Under the pieces are notes generated by a model, which did not search any database, was not told the DNA's origin, and was given only the letters and a program-made list of their open reading frames with translations. A DNA stretch of 63,246 nucleotides, filler included. It is 3 parts of 3 records of this genome, joined end to end, with 100 filler letters (N's around TTAATTAATTAA, not from the genome) between each part and the next. Parts side by side here need not be neighbours in the genome. Positions count along the whole stretch, not along the records: positions 1 to 31,487 come from SRR20825006_2866; 2 more parts are not named here. One strand, written 5' to 3'. The first letter of the stretch is position 1, and every line of letters begins with the position of its first letter. A program made the translations under genes and the position numbers. Shown in pieces: positions 9,500 through 20,524 of this stretch.

Positions 9500-10660
9500 C
9501 TACGCGCTCAGAAATTGCTCAATCAGCGTGTTCAGGTAGCGCTGCCCTTTTTCGGTAGGACGGAGGCGGTGAATATCATGTTCGATAAGCCCAAGGGACT
9601 CTGCTTCAGACAAAGGTTTTTTGATCCGCGATATCGGCACGCCGGTATGCTGCTGAAATAAAGGGGTGGGCACACCGTCCAGCAGACGCATTGCATTGAG
9701 CATAAATTCAAAGCCGACTTCCTTTTCATCGACCAGCGTGCCTTCCAGTAAACAGGCTTCAGTGCCGGCCGTGTCGAGATAAGCCTGCGGTTGTTTCTGC
9801 TTGACCCGGCGTTCAATCTGCTGTGGCATGGCACTGCTGATTTTGCCATGGGCACCGGCACCAATACCGAGATAGTCGCCGAACTGCCAGTAATTGATAT
9901 TATGCCGGCACTGTCGCCCCTGACGGGCATAAGCCGAGGTCTCATACTGGTGGTAACCGGCCTCGGCCAGTCTTGCCTGATTGGCCAGTTGCCAGTCATA
10001 GATTGGATCATCCTCAGGCAAAGTCGGCGGCTGACTGTAAAACAGCGTGTTGGGCTCGATTGTCAGCTGATAATAAGAGATATGGGCCGGAGCCAGCGCA
10101 ATGGCGGTGTCGACGTCATATCGGGCTTTGGCTTCATCCTGTCCCGGCAGGCCGAACATCAGATCCAGATTGAAATTATCAAAACCTGCTTGGTAAGCAG
10201 TTTCCACCGCGGTAATGGCTTGCCTACTGTCGTGAATCCGGCCCAGCGATTTCAACGCATCGTCATCAAAACTCTGAATGCCAAGGGAGAGACGGTTAAT
10301 GCCGACGGCGCGGTAATCCTCAAAGCGACCGGCTTCCACCGTGCCCGGATTGGCTTCCAGCGTGATTTCTGCATTATGTTGCAGTGGCAGCAGGGCGCGG
10401 ATAGCTGAAAACAGCCGATCATAGGCTTGTGCTGACAGCAGGCTGGGCGTGCCGCCACCAATAAAGATAGTTTGCACCGAGCGACCCCAGATAAGTGGCA
10501 CTTCCTGCTCCAGATCGCGGATCAGCGCATCGACATAGGCCTGTTCAGGGATTTCCTGCGGGCTCTTGTGCGAGTTGAAATCGCAGTAGGGGCATTTGCG
10601 CACACACCAGGGCACATGAATATAGAGGCTCAGTGGTGGCAGGGCGGTAAAATTAAACAT
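9500..10660 (-). CDS. hemW: Radical SAM heme chaperone HemW
   Basis: LYIHVPWCVRKCPYCDFNS, FIGGGTPS, HN.NYWQFGDYLGIGAGAH. Confidence 0.93.
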   Translation of the reverse strand: MFNFTALPPLSLYIHVPWCVRKCPYCDFNSHKSPQEIPEQAYVDALIRDLEQEVPLIWGRSVQTIFIGGGTPSLLSAQAYDRLFSAIRALLPLQHNAEITLEANPGTVEAGRFEDYRAVGINRLSLGIQSFDDDALKSLGRIHDSRQAITAVETAYQAGFDNFNLDLMFGLPGQDEAKARYDVDTAIALAPAHISYYQLTIEPNTLFYSQPPTLPEDDPIYDWQLANQARLAEAGYHQYETSAYARQGRQCRHNINYWQFGDYLGIGAGAHGKISSAMPQQIERRVKQKQPQAYLDTAGTEACLLEGTLVDEKEVGFEFMLNAMRLLDGVPTPLFQQHTGVPISRIKKPLSEAESLGLIEHDIHRLRPTEKGQRYLNTLIEQFLSA

Positions 10661-11334
10661 CAGTTCTCAACAGACTCCGGTCGCCAGCCCTGTTTCCAGC
10701 TTTCTAGCGGCACGATGGCAGGCGGCTCGCCGTTATCAAAATACCAGGCATCGACGGCATAACGAATACCTGTTCCCAGCTCGACGATGGTGGCGGTGTT
10801 ATGCGGCGCGCGACCAATAAATATGCCGCGTGAGGTGCGCGGGGCAGCGCGATGCCATCGCAATAAACCTTCGCTTTCCAGCATGCGAATATATACCGAG
10901 GTATTGGTCGCTTCATCGATACAGTCGAGTTGACCAATACGGCTGCCACGCAGTTCGTTCTGTCCCAGGTCGTCACTGGTACCAATTTTGTTGCCGACCA
11001 GGATTTCCAGTTGTGCGACTGCCTGCTGAATTTGTCCACGCTCCTGTCCGGCACTGTTCAGCCCAGGTAAAAACAGCGTTTTGATTTGCTGCCATTCGGT
11101 CGCTGACAGCTGGGTATTGCTAACACTGCGGCAGCTTAAATCATGGCAGATAGAAAAGGCTGCCGGCGTCGGAAAACCGATAAAATTCCTGTGTGACAGT
11201 TGCCAGCTTTCGTGCAGATTCTGTTGTAACCAGATGGGTTTAATCGCCTGCTCGCTGTAGGGTCGATGACTACAGGCGGTGACAGTTAGACTAAGCGACA
11301 ATAAAACCGGAAGCAGGCGGATAGGCAGAGTCAA
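10660..11334 (-). CDS. Hypothetical lipoprotein, possible transglutaminase-like Cys-His-Asp enzyme
   Basis: Lipobox VTAC; DCIDEATNT, PHNTA, YAVDAW motifs. Confidence 0.65.
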   Translation of the reverse strand: MTLPIRLLPVLLSLSLTVTACSHRPYSEQAIKPIWLQQNLHESWQLSHRNFIGFPTPAAFSICHDLSCRSVSNTQLSATEWQQIKTLFLPGLNSAGQERGQIQQAVAQLEILVGNKIGTSDDLGQNELRGSRIGQLDCIDEATNTSVYIRMLESEGLLRWHRAAPRTSRGIFIGRAPHNTATIVELGTGIRYAVDAWYFDNGEPPAIVPLESWKQGWRPESVEN

Positions 11335-11346
11335 GACGGGCTGGCC

Positions 11347-11952
11347 TCAGGGCAAATGCCTCGTATACTGAAATTCCTCGATAAAACGGCGCATAGCCTG
11401 ACCACGATGACTGACAGCATGTTTTTGCTGCGCACTCAGTTCGGCGGCACTGCAATCGGTTTCAGCAACAAAAAACACCGGGTCGTAACCAAAGCCCCCA
11501 TCACCTGCCGGCTCAGTCAGAATCTGACCATGCCAGGTGCCCTGACAGATAAGCGGTGTCGGATCATCGGCATGACGCATAAACACCAGCACACACTGGA
11601 ATCGGGCCTGGCGCTCTGTGTCGGGAATATCCTGCAGCGCAGTCAGTAAAGCCTCGATATTGTCTTCATCGCTGGCATTTTCACCGGCATAGCGGGAAGA
11701 ATAGATACCGGGAGCGCCCAGCAGGGCATCGACTTCCAGTCCCGAGTCATCGGCGATGGCCGGCAGCCCGGTTTGAGCACAGGCATTACGTGCCTTAAGA
11801 ATCGCATTTTCGACAAAACTGAGACCGGTTTCGGCCACTTCATTGACGCCCAGTTCAGACTGGGTGACTACCTCAATGCTCAGCGGCGTCAGCAGCTGCG
11901 CGAATTCGCGCAGCTTACCCTGATTTCCTGTGGCCAGTACGATTTGGCTCAT
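11347..11952 (-). CDS. rdgB: dITP/XTP pyrophosphatase
   Basis: [33 protein letters not shown]. Confidence 0.95.
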   Translation of the reverse strand: MSQIVLATGNQGKLREFAQLLTPLSIEVVTQSELGVNEVAETGLSFVENAILKARNACAQTGLPAIADDSGLEVDALLGAPGIYSSRYAGENASDEDNIEALLTALQDIPDTERQARFQCVLVFMRHADDPTPLICQGTWHGQILTEPAGDGGFGYDPVFFVAETDCSAAELSAQQKHAVSHRGQAMRRFIEEFQYTRHLP

Positions 11953-12668
11953 GATGCCGCCAAGGCTGCCTGTTGTTTTTCCATCAGTTCCTCAATCCCT
12001 TTTTTAGCCAGATCCAGCATGGATTGCAGTTCATCAGCACGGAAGGCATGGCCTTCAGCCGTACCCTGTAACTCAATATACGCCCCGGCTTCGTTCATGA
12101 CTACATTCATGTCGGTTTCGGCGGAAGAGTCTTCGGCATAGTCCAGATCCAGTACCGGCATGCCCTGAAAAATACCGACCGAAATCGAAGCGACCTGACC
12201 ATAAAGCGGACTGGATTTGATTTTACGGGTTTTGAGCAGGTAATTGATGGCATCCTGCAACGCCACATAAGCGCCGGTGATAGAAGCGGTGCGGGTACCC
12301 CCATCAGCCTGAATGACATCGCAGTCGATGGTGATGGTGCGCTCACCTAGGGTCTTCAGATCAATCGCTGCCCTCAGGGAACGGCCTATCAGGCGTTGAA
12401 TTTCCATGGTGCGGCCACCCTGTTTGCCACGGGCTGCTTCACGTTGCATGCGTGAACCGGTAGAACGCGGCAGCATGCCGTATTCAGCGGTGACCCAGCC
12501 TTCGCCGGTGCCACGCAGGAAAGGGGGGATACGCTCTTCCACTGAGGCAGTACACAACACCTTGGTATCGCCGAACTCGACCAGAACCGAGCCTTCAGCA
12601 TGTTTGGTGTAATTGCGGGTGATGGTGATTTGTCTTAACTCATTCGCTTGACGACCACTTGGACGCAT
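11949..12668 (-). CDS. rph: Ribonuclease PH
   Basis: [32 protein letters not shown]. Confidence 0.97.
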   Translation of the reverse strand: MRPSGRQANELRQITITRNYTKHAEGSVLVEFGDTKVLCTASVEERIPPFLRGTGEGWVTAEYGMLPRSTGSRMQREAARGKQGGRTMEIQRLIGRSLRAAIDLKTLGERTITIDCDVIQADGGTRTASITGAYVALQDAINYLLKTRKIKSSPLYGQVASISVGIFQGMPVLDLDYAEDSSAETDMNVVMNEAGAYIELQGTAEGHAFRADELQSMLDLAKKGIEELMEKQQAALAAS

Positions 12669-12775
12669 AACCGGTATTTCTCCCAATCAAATTTGACTCA
12701 TTATACTGATCGTGACTGTCAGCCGCAGGGGGATTTGGGTAAGATCAGGGTTTTCTCTGACGCTGGAATTTATTT

Positions 12776-13642
12776 GTGACACGAAGCATGACTGCGTTTG
12801 CCCGCTATGAGGAGCAAACAGACTTGGGTACCTTGAGCTGGGAACTGCGCTCGGTGAATCACCGTTATCTTGAAATCGGTTTCCGGCTGGAGGAGAGCTT
12901 CAGGCCACTGGAAATGGCGATGCGCAAATTTATCAGCGATACCCTGGGCCGGGGGAAAGTTGAAGTCGCGCTGCGTTACAAATCACCGGAGCAACAACAG
13001 GAAAGCCTGGAGATTAACCAGCAATTGGCCGAACGCGTAATCAGTCGTTATCAGCAACTGGCCTCGCTCAGTGATAATGCTGCGCCGCTGGATTTGATGA
13101 AAGTCATGCAATGGCCCGGCGTCATTGAGACACCGAGCCTGGATCAGGAGGCGCTTAGCGAACGGGTCATGGCCTCACTGCAAAAAGCCCTGATTGATCT
13201 GGTCGACACCCGTGAGCGGGAGGGCGCTGCACTGCAGAAAATGATCGAACAGCGTTGTCAGCAGATTCACCAGATTGCCGAGCAGGTTCGTGAAAAAATG
13301 CCGGAAATTCTGCAGAACCACCGGCAGAAATTACAGGAAAGAGTGCAGGAGCTGGCAGTGAGTCTGGAGCCGGAAAGACTGGAGCAGGAAATGGTTCTGC
13401 TGGCGCAGAAAAGCGACGTTGCTGAAGAACTGGACCGGCTGCAGAATCATGTCAGGGAAGTTGAACTGGTTTTACAGCGTGAGGAACCGATTGGTCGCCG
13501 ACTCGACTTTCTGATGCAGGAGCTGAATCGGGAAGCGAATACGCTGGGTTCCAAGTCGATAGATACCGACACAACCCGGTTTTCGGTTGACTTAAAAGTG
13601 TTGATTGAGCAGATGCGGGAGCAGATCCAGAATATTGAGTAA
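12776..13642 (+). CDS. yicC: YicC/YloC family endoribonuclease
   Basis: SMTAFAR, ELRSVNHRYL, GRRLDFLMQELNREANTLGSK, EQMREQIQNIE. Confidence 0.95.
   Translation: MTRSMTAFARYEEQTDLGTLSWELRSVNHRYLEIGFRLEESFRPLEMAMRKFISDTLGRGKVEVALRYKSPEQQQESLEINQQLAERVISRYQQLASLSDNAAPLDLMKVMQWPGVIETPSLDQEALSERVMASLQKALIDLVDTREREGAALQKMIEQRCQQIHQIAEQVREKMPEILQNHRQKLQERVQELAVSLEPERLEQEMVLLAQKSDVAEELDRLQNHVREVELVLQREEPIGRRLDFLMQELNREANTLGSKSIDTDTTRFSVDLKVLIEQMREQIQNIE
13622..13637 (+). repeat. 16-bp direct repeat, copy 1 (yicC 3' end)
   Basis: CAGATCCAGAATATTG is identical to 14547-14562. Confidence 0.8.
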
Positions 13643-13643
13643 A

Positions 13644-14672
13644 TCATGATCGGTTTTGCTTGAGTGCCCGCTTACTGGCATACATTTGGCGATCGGCCTG
13701 CTCGAGCAGGGTTTCCAGATCTCTGCCGTCATGGGGATAAACTGCGCCACCAATACTGGCACTGAGTGGCAGCACATCATTATTATGATGAAACTCCTGT
13801 TGTAGCTGGCGCTCCAGCCGTCTGGCTTTGAGATCGATATCCTCTCTCAAGCTGATAGGCATCAGAATCATGCCAAACTCATCGCCGCCGAAGCGGGCAA
13901 CGGTGTCACTGGCCCGGCTTTTTTGTTTGAGTCTACTTGCAAATTCACAAATTGCGGCATCACCACTGAGATGGCCGAAATTATCATTGATTTGCTTGAG
14001 ATCATTCATATCGATCATCAAGATACCGACCAGAGATTGATGCCGCCTCGCCTGGGCCAGTGCACTATGCATATGATCCAGAAACAGTGCGCGGTTGGCG
14101 AGACCGGTCATCTGGTCATGAGTCGCGCGATAGAACAGGTCTTCAAAATTGTATTCCGTCGCGTAGAACATCGCTGATGCCACCATATCCGACAGCATGG
14201 TCAACATGACCTCGTCCGCTTCACTGAAAGCTTTCCGTTGTTTAGACAGAACTTTCAATACCCCTATAGTGTGATCGCCATGCCGCAGCGGCACGACCAG
14301 CATGGCATTGAGGCCGATTCGTTCGCAGCTGGAGCGATCGACACGCGGATCTGTACTGGCGTCATCACAACGCAGGCTACTACCGGTTTCGCTACACAGG
14401 CCGGACAGGCTGCCCTGGACAGGAATTCTGAGACCAAGCTGGCTCCTGGCGATACCTGCCGTGGCACGGTAAACCATATGCAGTTTGTCAGTCAGCTCGA
14501 TCACACTGCCGTCGGCGCCCGTCAGTGCCATACTCCGCTCTGTAACCAGATCCAGAATATTGCTGATATTCAGGCCCATCTTGGCGATATCGGTTTGCAG
14601 CCTGAACATAGCCAGCAATTGATCACGACTCAGCTGTGACGTATCGGGGGACATTGACTTCTCCATTGTCAT
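13644..14672 (-). CDS. GAF-GGDEF diguanylate cyclase
   Basis: N-terminal GAF; HD.MTGLANR, KQINDNFGH, RASD I-site and ARFGGDEF. Confidence 0.92.
   Translation of the reverse strand: MTMEKSMSPDTSQLSRDQLLAMFRLQTDIAKMGLNISNILDLVTERSMALTGADGSVIELTDKLHMVYRATAGIARSQLGLRIPVQGSLSGLCSETGSSLRCDDASTDPRVDRSSCERIGLNAMLVVPLRHGDHTIGVLKVLSKQRKAFSEADEVMLTMLSDMVASAMFYATEYNFEDLFYRATHDQMTGLANRALFLDHMHSALAQARRHQSLVGILMIDMNDLKQINDNFGHLSGDAAICEFASRLKQKSRASDTVARFGGDEFGMILMPISLREDIDLKARRLERQLQQEFHHNNDVLPLSASIGGAVYPHDGRDLETLLEQADRQMYASKRALKQNRS
14547..14562 (+). repeat. 16-bp direct repeat, copy 2 (inside the diguanylate cyclase gene)
   Basis: CAGATCCAGAATATTG is identical to 13622-13637. Confidence 0.8.
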
Positions 14673-14854
14673 AGTGCGTTAAATTAGCAGACAGACAAAG
14701 ACAAGTATTCCAAGTCAGTCAAGCTTTAGAACAATCAGTGCCCATGCAAATGTTGTGACTAATTCGCCGCACAATGACTTCTCATCGGTATAATGTCGAT
14801 TTGGGTTTTACCGGCACGATGTCGGTTTTGAAGTCAAGACCAAGGTTTGCTCGC

Positions 14855-15466
14855 ATGATAGGAAGTTTATTTATCGTCGCCGCCCCGTCAGGCGCAGGGA
14901 AAACCAGTCTGGTAAATGCATTGGTCGAGCGCCATGATGATATCCGGCTGTCTGTTTCCCACACAACAAGGCCACCGCGTGAGGGTGAGGTCGATGGCCG
15001 TGATTATCATTTTGTCAGCCAGCAGACCTTTGCTGATATGCGCGACAAAGGCGACTTTCTGGAGTCTGCCACGGTGTTTGATAATAGTTACGGTACCTCG
15101 TCTGTTGCAGTACAGGAAATGCTGGCTCAGGGCCTGGACGTCATACTCGAGATCGACTGGCAGGGGGCGCAGCAGGTTCGACATAATCTCAGCGACGCGA
15201 CCGGGATTTTTATTCTGCCCCCCTCCAAAACGACGCTGGAACAACGTCTGCGTAACCGCGGTCAAGACAATGAAGAGATCATTGCACGCCGCATGCGGGA
15301 CGCGGAAAATGAAATTTCTCACTATATTGAATTCGATTATCTCATCGTCAATGATGATTTCAGCGAGGCACTGGACAGCCTGACCGCCATCATCCTCGCT
15401 AAACGACATAGCCTGGCGCTGCAGAAACAGAAGCAGGCAGGTCTCATCAGTGAACTGCTGGGCTGA
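14855..15466 (+). CDS. gmk: Guanylate kinase
   Basis: APSGAGKTSL, SHTTRPPREGEVDG, LEIDWQGA. Confidence 0.96.
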   Translation: MIGSLFIVAAPSGAGKTSLVNALVERHDDIRLSVSHTTRPPREGEVDGRDYHFVSQQTFADMRDKGDFLESATVFDNSYGTSSVAVQEMLAQGLDVILEIDWQGAQQVRHNLSDATGIFILPPSKTTLEQRLRNRGQDNEEIIARRMRDAENEISHYIEFDYLIVNDDFSEALDSLTAIILAKRHSLALQKQKQAGLISELLG

Positions 15467-15563
15467 GTCAGGGGGTGACAAATCCCGCTGATCGCTTAGC
15501 TCACCTAGCTTAAAACGCTGATATTACGTAGAATTACTTCTTTTAACTCATGGGGAAAATCAG

Positions 15564-15824
15564 ATGGCTCGCACCACTGTAGAAGATTGTTTAGAAAACG
15601 TTGATAACCGGTTCCAGCTGGTTCTGGTTGCTGCCAAGCGCGCGCGTGAAATCGCTCTCGGCGATGACCCGATGGTTGATGTGGATAATGACAAGCCGAC
15701 CGTACTGGCTTTGCGTGAAATTGCTGAAGGTCTGGTCGGACCGGATATTCTGACAAAAACCAGTGCCCGCCAACATGCTGAAGAAAGCATCGTGGCTGAC
15801 GAAGAGCTGCAAAGCCAAGAATAA
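15564..15824 (+). CDS. rpoZ: RNA polymerase omega subunit
   Basis: [29 protein letters not shown]. Confidence 0.97.
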   Translation: MARTTVEDCLENVDNRFQLVLVAAKRAREIALGDDPMVDVDNDKPTVLALREIAEGLVGPDILTKTSARQHAEESIVADEELQSQE

Positions 15825-15829
15825 ACCCC

Positions 15830-17989
15830 GTGAGCGCCAAACCTTCAGTCGCCTCCGAACTGGATTTCATCCAGGAGTCTGAGCCGAAACTTACGATCGA
15901 TGATCTGTGTTTTGCGACTTCCAATTACCTGGAACCCAGGCAAGTGGATGCCATTCGCCGTGCCTATCATTTTGCGGATCAGGCACACGAAGGTCAGACC
16001 CGTCGCAGCGGCGAACGCTACATTACCCACCCGCTGGCGGTAGCGCACGTGCTGGCGATGATGCACATGGACTATGAATGCATCATGGCCGGTCTGTTAC
16101 ACGATGTGATTGAAGATACAGCGCTGAGCAGCGATGACCTCGCGGCTGAGTTTGGTGAAGAAGTGGCCGATCTGGTGGAGGGCGTGACCAAGCTCGCCAA
16201 GGCCGCGTTTGAAACCACCAAACATGCGCAGGCGGAAAACCTGCGCAAAATGTTGCTGGCGATGTCACGTGATATCCGCGTCATTATCGTCAAGCTGGCA
16301 GATCGTCTGCACAATATGCGCACTCTGGGCCACCTTCGGCCGGAAAAACGTCGCCGCATTGCCCATGAAACGCTGGATATTTATGCACCGATTGCCCAGC
16401 GCCTGGGTATGAACCTGATGCGCTGCGAGCTGGAAGACCTGGGCTTCCATGTGCTTTACCCGATCCGCTATCGTGTGCTGCAGGATGCGGTGCGGAAGGC
16501 GCGCGGTAATCGTAAGGAAATAGTCAGTCAGATCACGGCCTCCATCCTTAACCGCATGGAGCAGGAAGGACTCAGTGCCGATATTCAGGGCCGGGAAAAG
16601 AATCTATACAGCCTCTACAAGAAAATGGTCAGCAAACAGCTGACTTTTTCCGAAGTCATGGATGTTTATGCGTTTCGCATCATAGTTGATGATGTCGATG
16701 CCTGTTACCGGATGCTTGGTGTCGTGCACAACCTTTATAAACCGGTTCAGGGCAAATTCAAAGATTATATTGCGATTCCCAAGGCCAATGGCTATCAGTC
16801 ATTGCATACGGTCCTGTTCGGACCCTATGGTGTGCCTATAGAAGTACAGATTCGCTCCCGCGATATGGATCACATGGCCGAAGCCGGCGTGGCCGCGCAT
16901 TGGTTGTATAAAACCGGCGAGTCGGGCGGCGATAATCTTGCTCATCGCAAGGCCCGTCAGTGGCTGCAGGGCATTCTGGAAATGCAGAAAGGTTCCGGCG
17001 ATTCAATGGAGTTTCTGGAAAACCTGCGCATCGATCTGTTCCCTGACGAAATTTATGTCTCCACACCCAAAGGCGAAATCCTGACTCTGCCGCGGGGAGG
17101 TACCGCGGTCGATTTTGCCTATGCCGTGCATACCGATGTGGGTAATAACTGTGTTGCTGCGCGTGTCGGCCGCCATCTAGTGCCACTCAGCACACAACTG
17201 GAAACCGGTGAGTCGGTAGAAATTATTACCTCGCCCAATTCTCATCCGAATCCGGCCTGGCTCAATTTCGTGGTGACCGCTAAGGCCCGCACCAGTATTC
17301 GTCATTATCTGCGCCATCTGCAGACTGAAGAAGCGATTCTGCTGGGCCGTCGCTTGCTGAATAAACACCTGACCGCTTTCTCGACTCATCTTGATGATAT
17401 TCCGGTCGAGCGCTTTAACGACCTGGTCAGCGAATTCGAGCTCAAGCAGTTTGACGATTTGCTGGAAGATATCGGTCTCGGTAATCATTCCGCACTGCTG
17501 ATTGCTCAGAAGCTGGTCAATGATTCGACGCCGAATAAAGAGCCCCAGGCGTTGATGATCGCCGGTACCGAGGGCATGGTGGTGAGTTTTGCCCGCTGCT
17601 GTCATCCAATTCCGGGTGACCCGATACACGGTTACGTCAGTACCGGTCGCGGCATCATTATTCACCAACGCAGCTGTAAAAACACCTCCCATCTGCGGGT
17701 ACAGAATGAGAAATGGCTGGACGTGACCTGGTCCCCGGATGTCTCTCGCGAATTCCCGGTCGACATTATGGTGCACGTCAAGAACCAGCGCGGCGTACTG
17801 GCGACGGTGGCTGCCGTCGTGTCTGAATCCGATTCCAACATCGATAACGTCGTGGTTGATGAGCGTGATGGCGGTTATTCCGATCTCAGACTGACTATCG
17901 AGGTCCAGAGCCGTCAGCACCTGGCGAGGGTGATTCGCCGTCTGCGCCTGCTCGATATGGTGGAAAGAATTTCCCGTATTAATCAATGA
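15830..17989 (+). CDS. spoT: Bifunctional (p)ppGpp synthetase/hydrolase
   Basis: HD motif (LLHDVIED), [32 protein letters not shown] and ACT domains; follows rpoZ. Confidence 0.96.
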   Translation: MSAKPSVASELDFIQESEPKLTIDDLCFATSNYLEPRQVDAIRRAYHFADQAHEGQTRRSGERYITHPLAVAHVLAMMHMDYECIMAGLLHDVIEDTALSSDDLAAEFGEEVADLVEGVTKLAKAAFETTKHAQAENLRKMLLAMSRDIRVIIVKLADRLHNMRTLGHLRPEKRRRIAHETLDIYAPIAQRLGMNLMRCELEDLGFHVLYPIRYRVLQDAVRKARGNRKEIVSQITASILNRMEQEGLSADIQGREKNLYSLYKKMVSKQLTFSEVMDVYAFRIIVDDVDACYRMLGVVHNLYKPVQGKFKDYIAIPKANGYQSLHTVLFGPYGVPIEVQIRSRDMDHMAEAGVAAHWLYKTGESGGDNLAHRKARQWLQGILEMQKGSGDSMEFLENLRIDLFPDEIYVSTPKGEILTLPRGGTAVDFAYAVHTDVGNNCVAARVGRHLVPLSTQLETGESVEIITSPNSHPNPAWLNFVVTAKARTSIRHYLRHLQTEEAILLGRRLLNKHLTAFSTHLDDIPVERFNDLVSEFELKQFDDLLEDIGLGNHSALLIAQKLVNDSTPNKEPQALMIAGTEGMVVSFARCCHPIPGDPIHGYVSTGRGIIIHQRSCKNTSHLRVQNEKWLDVTWSPDVSREFPVDIMVHVKNQRGVLATVAAVVSESDSNIDNVVVDERDGGYSDLRLTIEVQSRQHLARVIRRLRLLDMVERISRINQ

Positions 17990-18023
17990 CGCCGCTTTGA
18001 CGCGGTTTTCTATGGAGAACGTA

Positions 18024-18410
18024 ATGACACGCGAAATTATTCACACTGCCGATGCACCGGAAGCCATCGGCCCGTACTCTCAGGCAGTCAAAGTCGGCGA
18101 TATCGTCTATCTGTCCGGCCAGATCCCGCTGGTGCCGGAAACCATGACGGTACTCGATGGAGATTTTTCTGCTCAGGTACGTCGCGTGTTCGATAATCTG
18201 GCAGCCGTCGCCAAAGCCGCTGGTGGCAGCCTGCAGGATGTGGTCAAACTCAATATCTTTCTGAATGATCTCAGTCATTTCGGTACCGTCAATGACATCA
18301 TGACCGAATATTTCGAACAGCCGTATCCGGCGCGTGCCGCGATTGGTGTTGCCTCACTGCCCAAGGATGTGCCGGTTGAGATGGACGCGGTGCTGCACCT
18401 GGGCGCCTGA
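18024..18410 (+). CDS. ridA: RidA family reactive intermediate deaminase
   Basis: [27 protein letters not shown]...VE. Confidence 0.9.
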   Translation: MTREIIHTADAPEAIGPYSQAVKVGDIVYLSGQIPLVPETMTVLDGDFSAQVRRVFDNLAAVAKAAGGSLQDVVKLNIFLNDLSHFGTVNDIMTEYFEQPYPARAAIGVASLPKDVPVEMDAVLHLGA

Positions 18411-18430
18411 ATCAAGCATTAAAGGAGTCA

Positions 18431-20524
18431 GTGGCTGTGGTGGCGGGTGAATTGTTATCACAGCCGGTAACTTCGCTCAAAGGTGTCGGCGGCAAAGTCG
18501 CTGAACGGCTGAGCAAAATCGGTATTGTGCAGGTTCAGGACCTGCTGTTTCATTTACCGCTGCGTTATCAGGATCGTACCCGCCTCATGCCGCTGGGGGC
18601 GCTCAGACCCGGACAGGAAGTGCTGATTGAAGGTACGATCCAGCTTTCCCAGGTCAAATTCGGCCGGCGTCGTTCCTTGTTATGCCACATCTCTGATGGT
18701 ACCGGCGCTATTGTGTTGCGCTTCTTTCATTTTTCCAAAGCTCAGCAGGAACAACTGGCCAAAGGCCGACGCATCCGCTGCTTTGCCGAAGTTCGCAATG
18801 GCCCTTCATCAATGGAGATGGTGCACCCTGAATATCAGCTGATAGCCGCTGAGGGTATCGTCCCGGTGGATAATGAGCTGACCCCGATTTATCCCACCAC
18901 TGAAGGTTTGCATCAACTGTCCTTGCGCAAGCTGATGCTGCAGGCGTTGGCGATTCTGGATCAGGATTCAATGCCAGAGCTGTTGACGGCCTCATCCAGA
19001 CTGCACCAGGCAGCGGAATACTCTCTGGTCGATGCGCTTAAATATGTGCACCAGCCGCCGCCCGATGCGGCTGTAGAACAATTGCTGGAACGTAAACACC
19101 CGGCCCAGAAAAGGCTGGCTTATGAGGAATTACTGGCGCAGCAGTTAACGATGAAAAAACTTCGTGCCCAGACCCAGCATCATACGGCGCCCATGCTCAA
19201 AGGTGACAGTGGTCATCGCCAACAGCTTCTGGCAGCCTTGCCCTTTCCATTAACCGGCGCCCAGCAGCGGGTGATTGATGACATTTTGCAGGATATTACC
19301 CAGCCTCATCCCATGCAGCGACTGGTGCAGGGGGATGTCGGCTCGGGTAAAACGGTGGTGGCTGCACTGGCGGCCGTGGAAGCGGTATCCGCCGGCTGCC
19401 AGGCAGTGATGATGGCACCGACCGAATTGTTGGCAGAACAGCATTATCAGACTTTTGCCAACTGGCTGACACCGCTGGGTATACAGGTAGGATGGTGCGC
19501 CGGTAAACAAACGGCCTCACAGCGTAAACAAGTGCTGGCAGATTTACAGTCAGGCGAAATCAAAGTCGCAGTCGGCACCCATGCCCTGTTTCAGGACGAA
19601 GTGGTGTTCAATAATCTCGGTCTGGTCATTATCGACGAGCAGCACCGTTTCGGCGTACACCAACGGCTGGCGCTCAGAGACAAGGGACGCGATGTCGATT
19701 CGATGCCGCATCAGCTGGTGATGACTGCGACGCCTATCCCGCGAACGCTGGCGATGACCGCCTATGCCGACTTGAATGTATCAGTGATTGATGAAATGCC
19801 GCCCGGCCGGACTCCGGTTACGACGGTGGTGGTGCCTGATACACGCCGGCAGGATGTCATCGACCGGGTGCATGCCGCCTGTCAACAACAACGACAGGTC
19901 TACTGGGTCTGTACGCTGATTGAGGAGTCTGAGCATCTGCAGTGTCAGGCCGCCGAAGATACTGCCACTACTCTGCAGGATAGCCTGCCCGATCTGAAGA
20001 TTGGCCTGGTTCACGGCCGTATGAAAACCGTGGATAAAGAGTTGGTAATGACAGCCTTTAAGGTTGGCGAACTGGATATGCTGGTGGCGACTACGGTGAT
20101 TGAAGTCGGCGTCGATGTGCCCAATGCCAGCCTGATGGTGGTTGAAAATGCCGAGCGGCTGGGACTGGCACAATTGCATCAGTTACGTGGCAGGGTGGGA
20201 CGCGGCCAAATCGAGAGTCATTGCGTATTGATGTATCATCCGCCTTTATCCGAAAATGGCCAGGCTAGACTCAAGTGTCTGCGCGAGACCAATGACGGCT
20301 TTGTGATTGCTCAGCGAGATCTTGAAATCCGCGGCCCCGGAGAAGTGCTGGGCACCCGTCAGACCGGCCTGCCGCAATTCCGGGTTGCCGATCTGATTGA
20401 TGATCAGGATCTGCTGGCAGTGATGGATCGGGCTGCCAGAGCCATACTCAAGGACGCGCCGCAACAGGCCGATGCGCTGGTGAACCGCTGGTTTGCGCAC
20501 AAACTCGATTTCGGCAATGTTTGA
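18431..20524 (+). CDS. recG: ATP-dependent DNA helicase RecG
   Basis: QGDVGSGKT, DEQHRFGV, MTATPIPRTL, QLHQLRGRVGRG. Confidence 0.97.
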   Translation: MAVVAGELLSQPVTSLKGVGGKVAERLSKIGIVQVQDLLFHLPLRYQDRTRLMPLGALRPGQEVLIEGTIQLSQVKFGRRRSLLCHISDGTGAIVLRFFHFSKAQQEQLAKGRRIRCFAEVRNGPSSMEMVHPEYQLIAAEGIVPVDNELTPIYPTTEGLHQLSLRKLMLQALAILDQDSMPELLTASSRLHQAAEYSLVDALKYVHQPPPDAAVEQLLERKHPAQKRLAYEELLAQQLTMKKLRAQTQHHTAPMLKGDSGHRQQLLAALPFPLTGAQQRVIDDILQDITQPHPMQRLVQGDVGSGKTVVAALAAVEAVSAGCQAVMMAPTELLAEQHYQTFANWLTPLGIQVGWCAGKQTASQRKQVLADLQSGEIKVAVGTHALFQDEVVFNNLGLVIIDEQHRFGVHQRLALRDKGRDVDSMPHQLVMTATPIPRTLAMTAYADLNVSVIDEMPPGRTPVTTVVVPDTRRQDVIDRVHAACQQQRQVYWVCTLIEESEHLQCQAAEDTATTLQDSLPDLKIGLVHGRMKTVDKELVMTAFKVGELDMLVATTVIEVGVDVPNASLMVVENAERLGLAQLHQLRGRVGRGQIESHCVLMYHPPLSENGQARLKCLRETNDGFVIAQRDLEIRGPGEVLGTRQTGLPQFRVADLIDDQDLLAVMDRAARAILKDAPQQADALVNRWFAHKLDFGNV

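Noticed and set aside
17048..17074. SpoT TGS motif reads YVSTPKG rather than the usual YVFTPKG
   Set aside because: Single TTC/TCC difference; cannot distinguish a variant from a sequencing error
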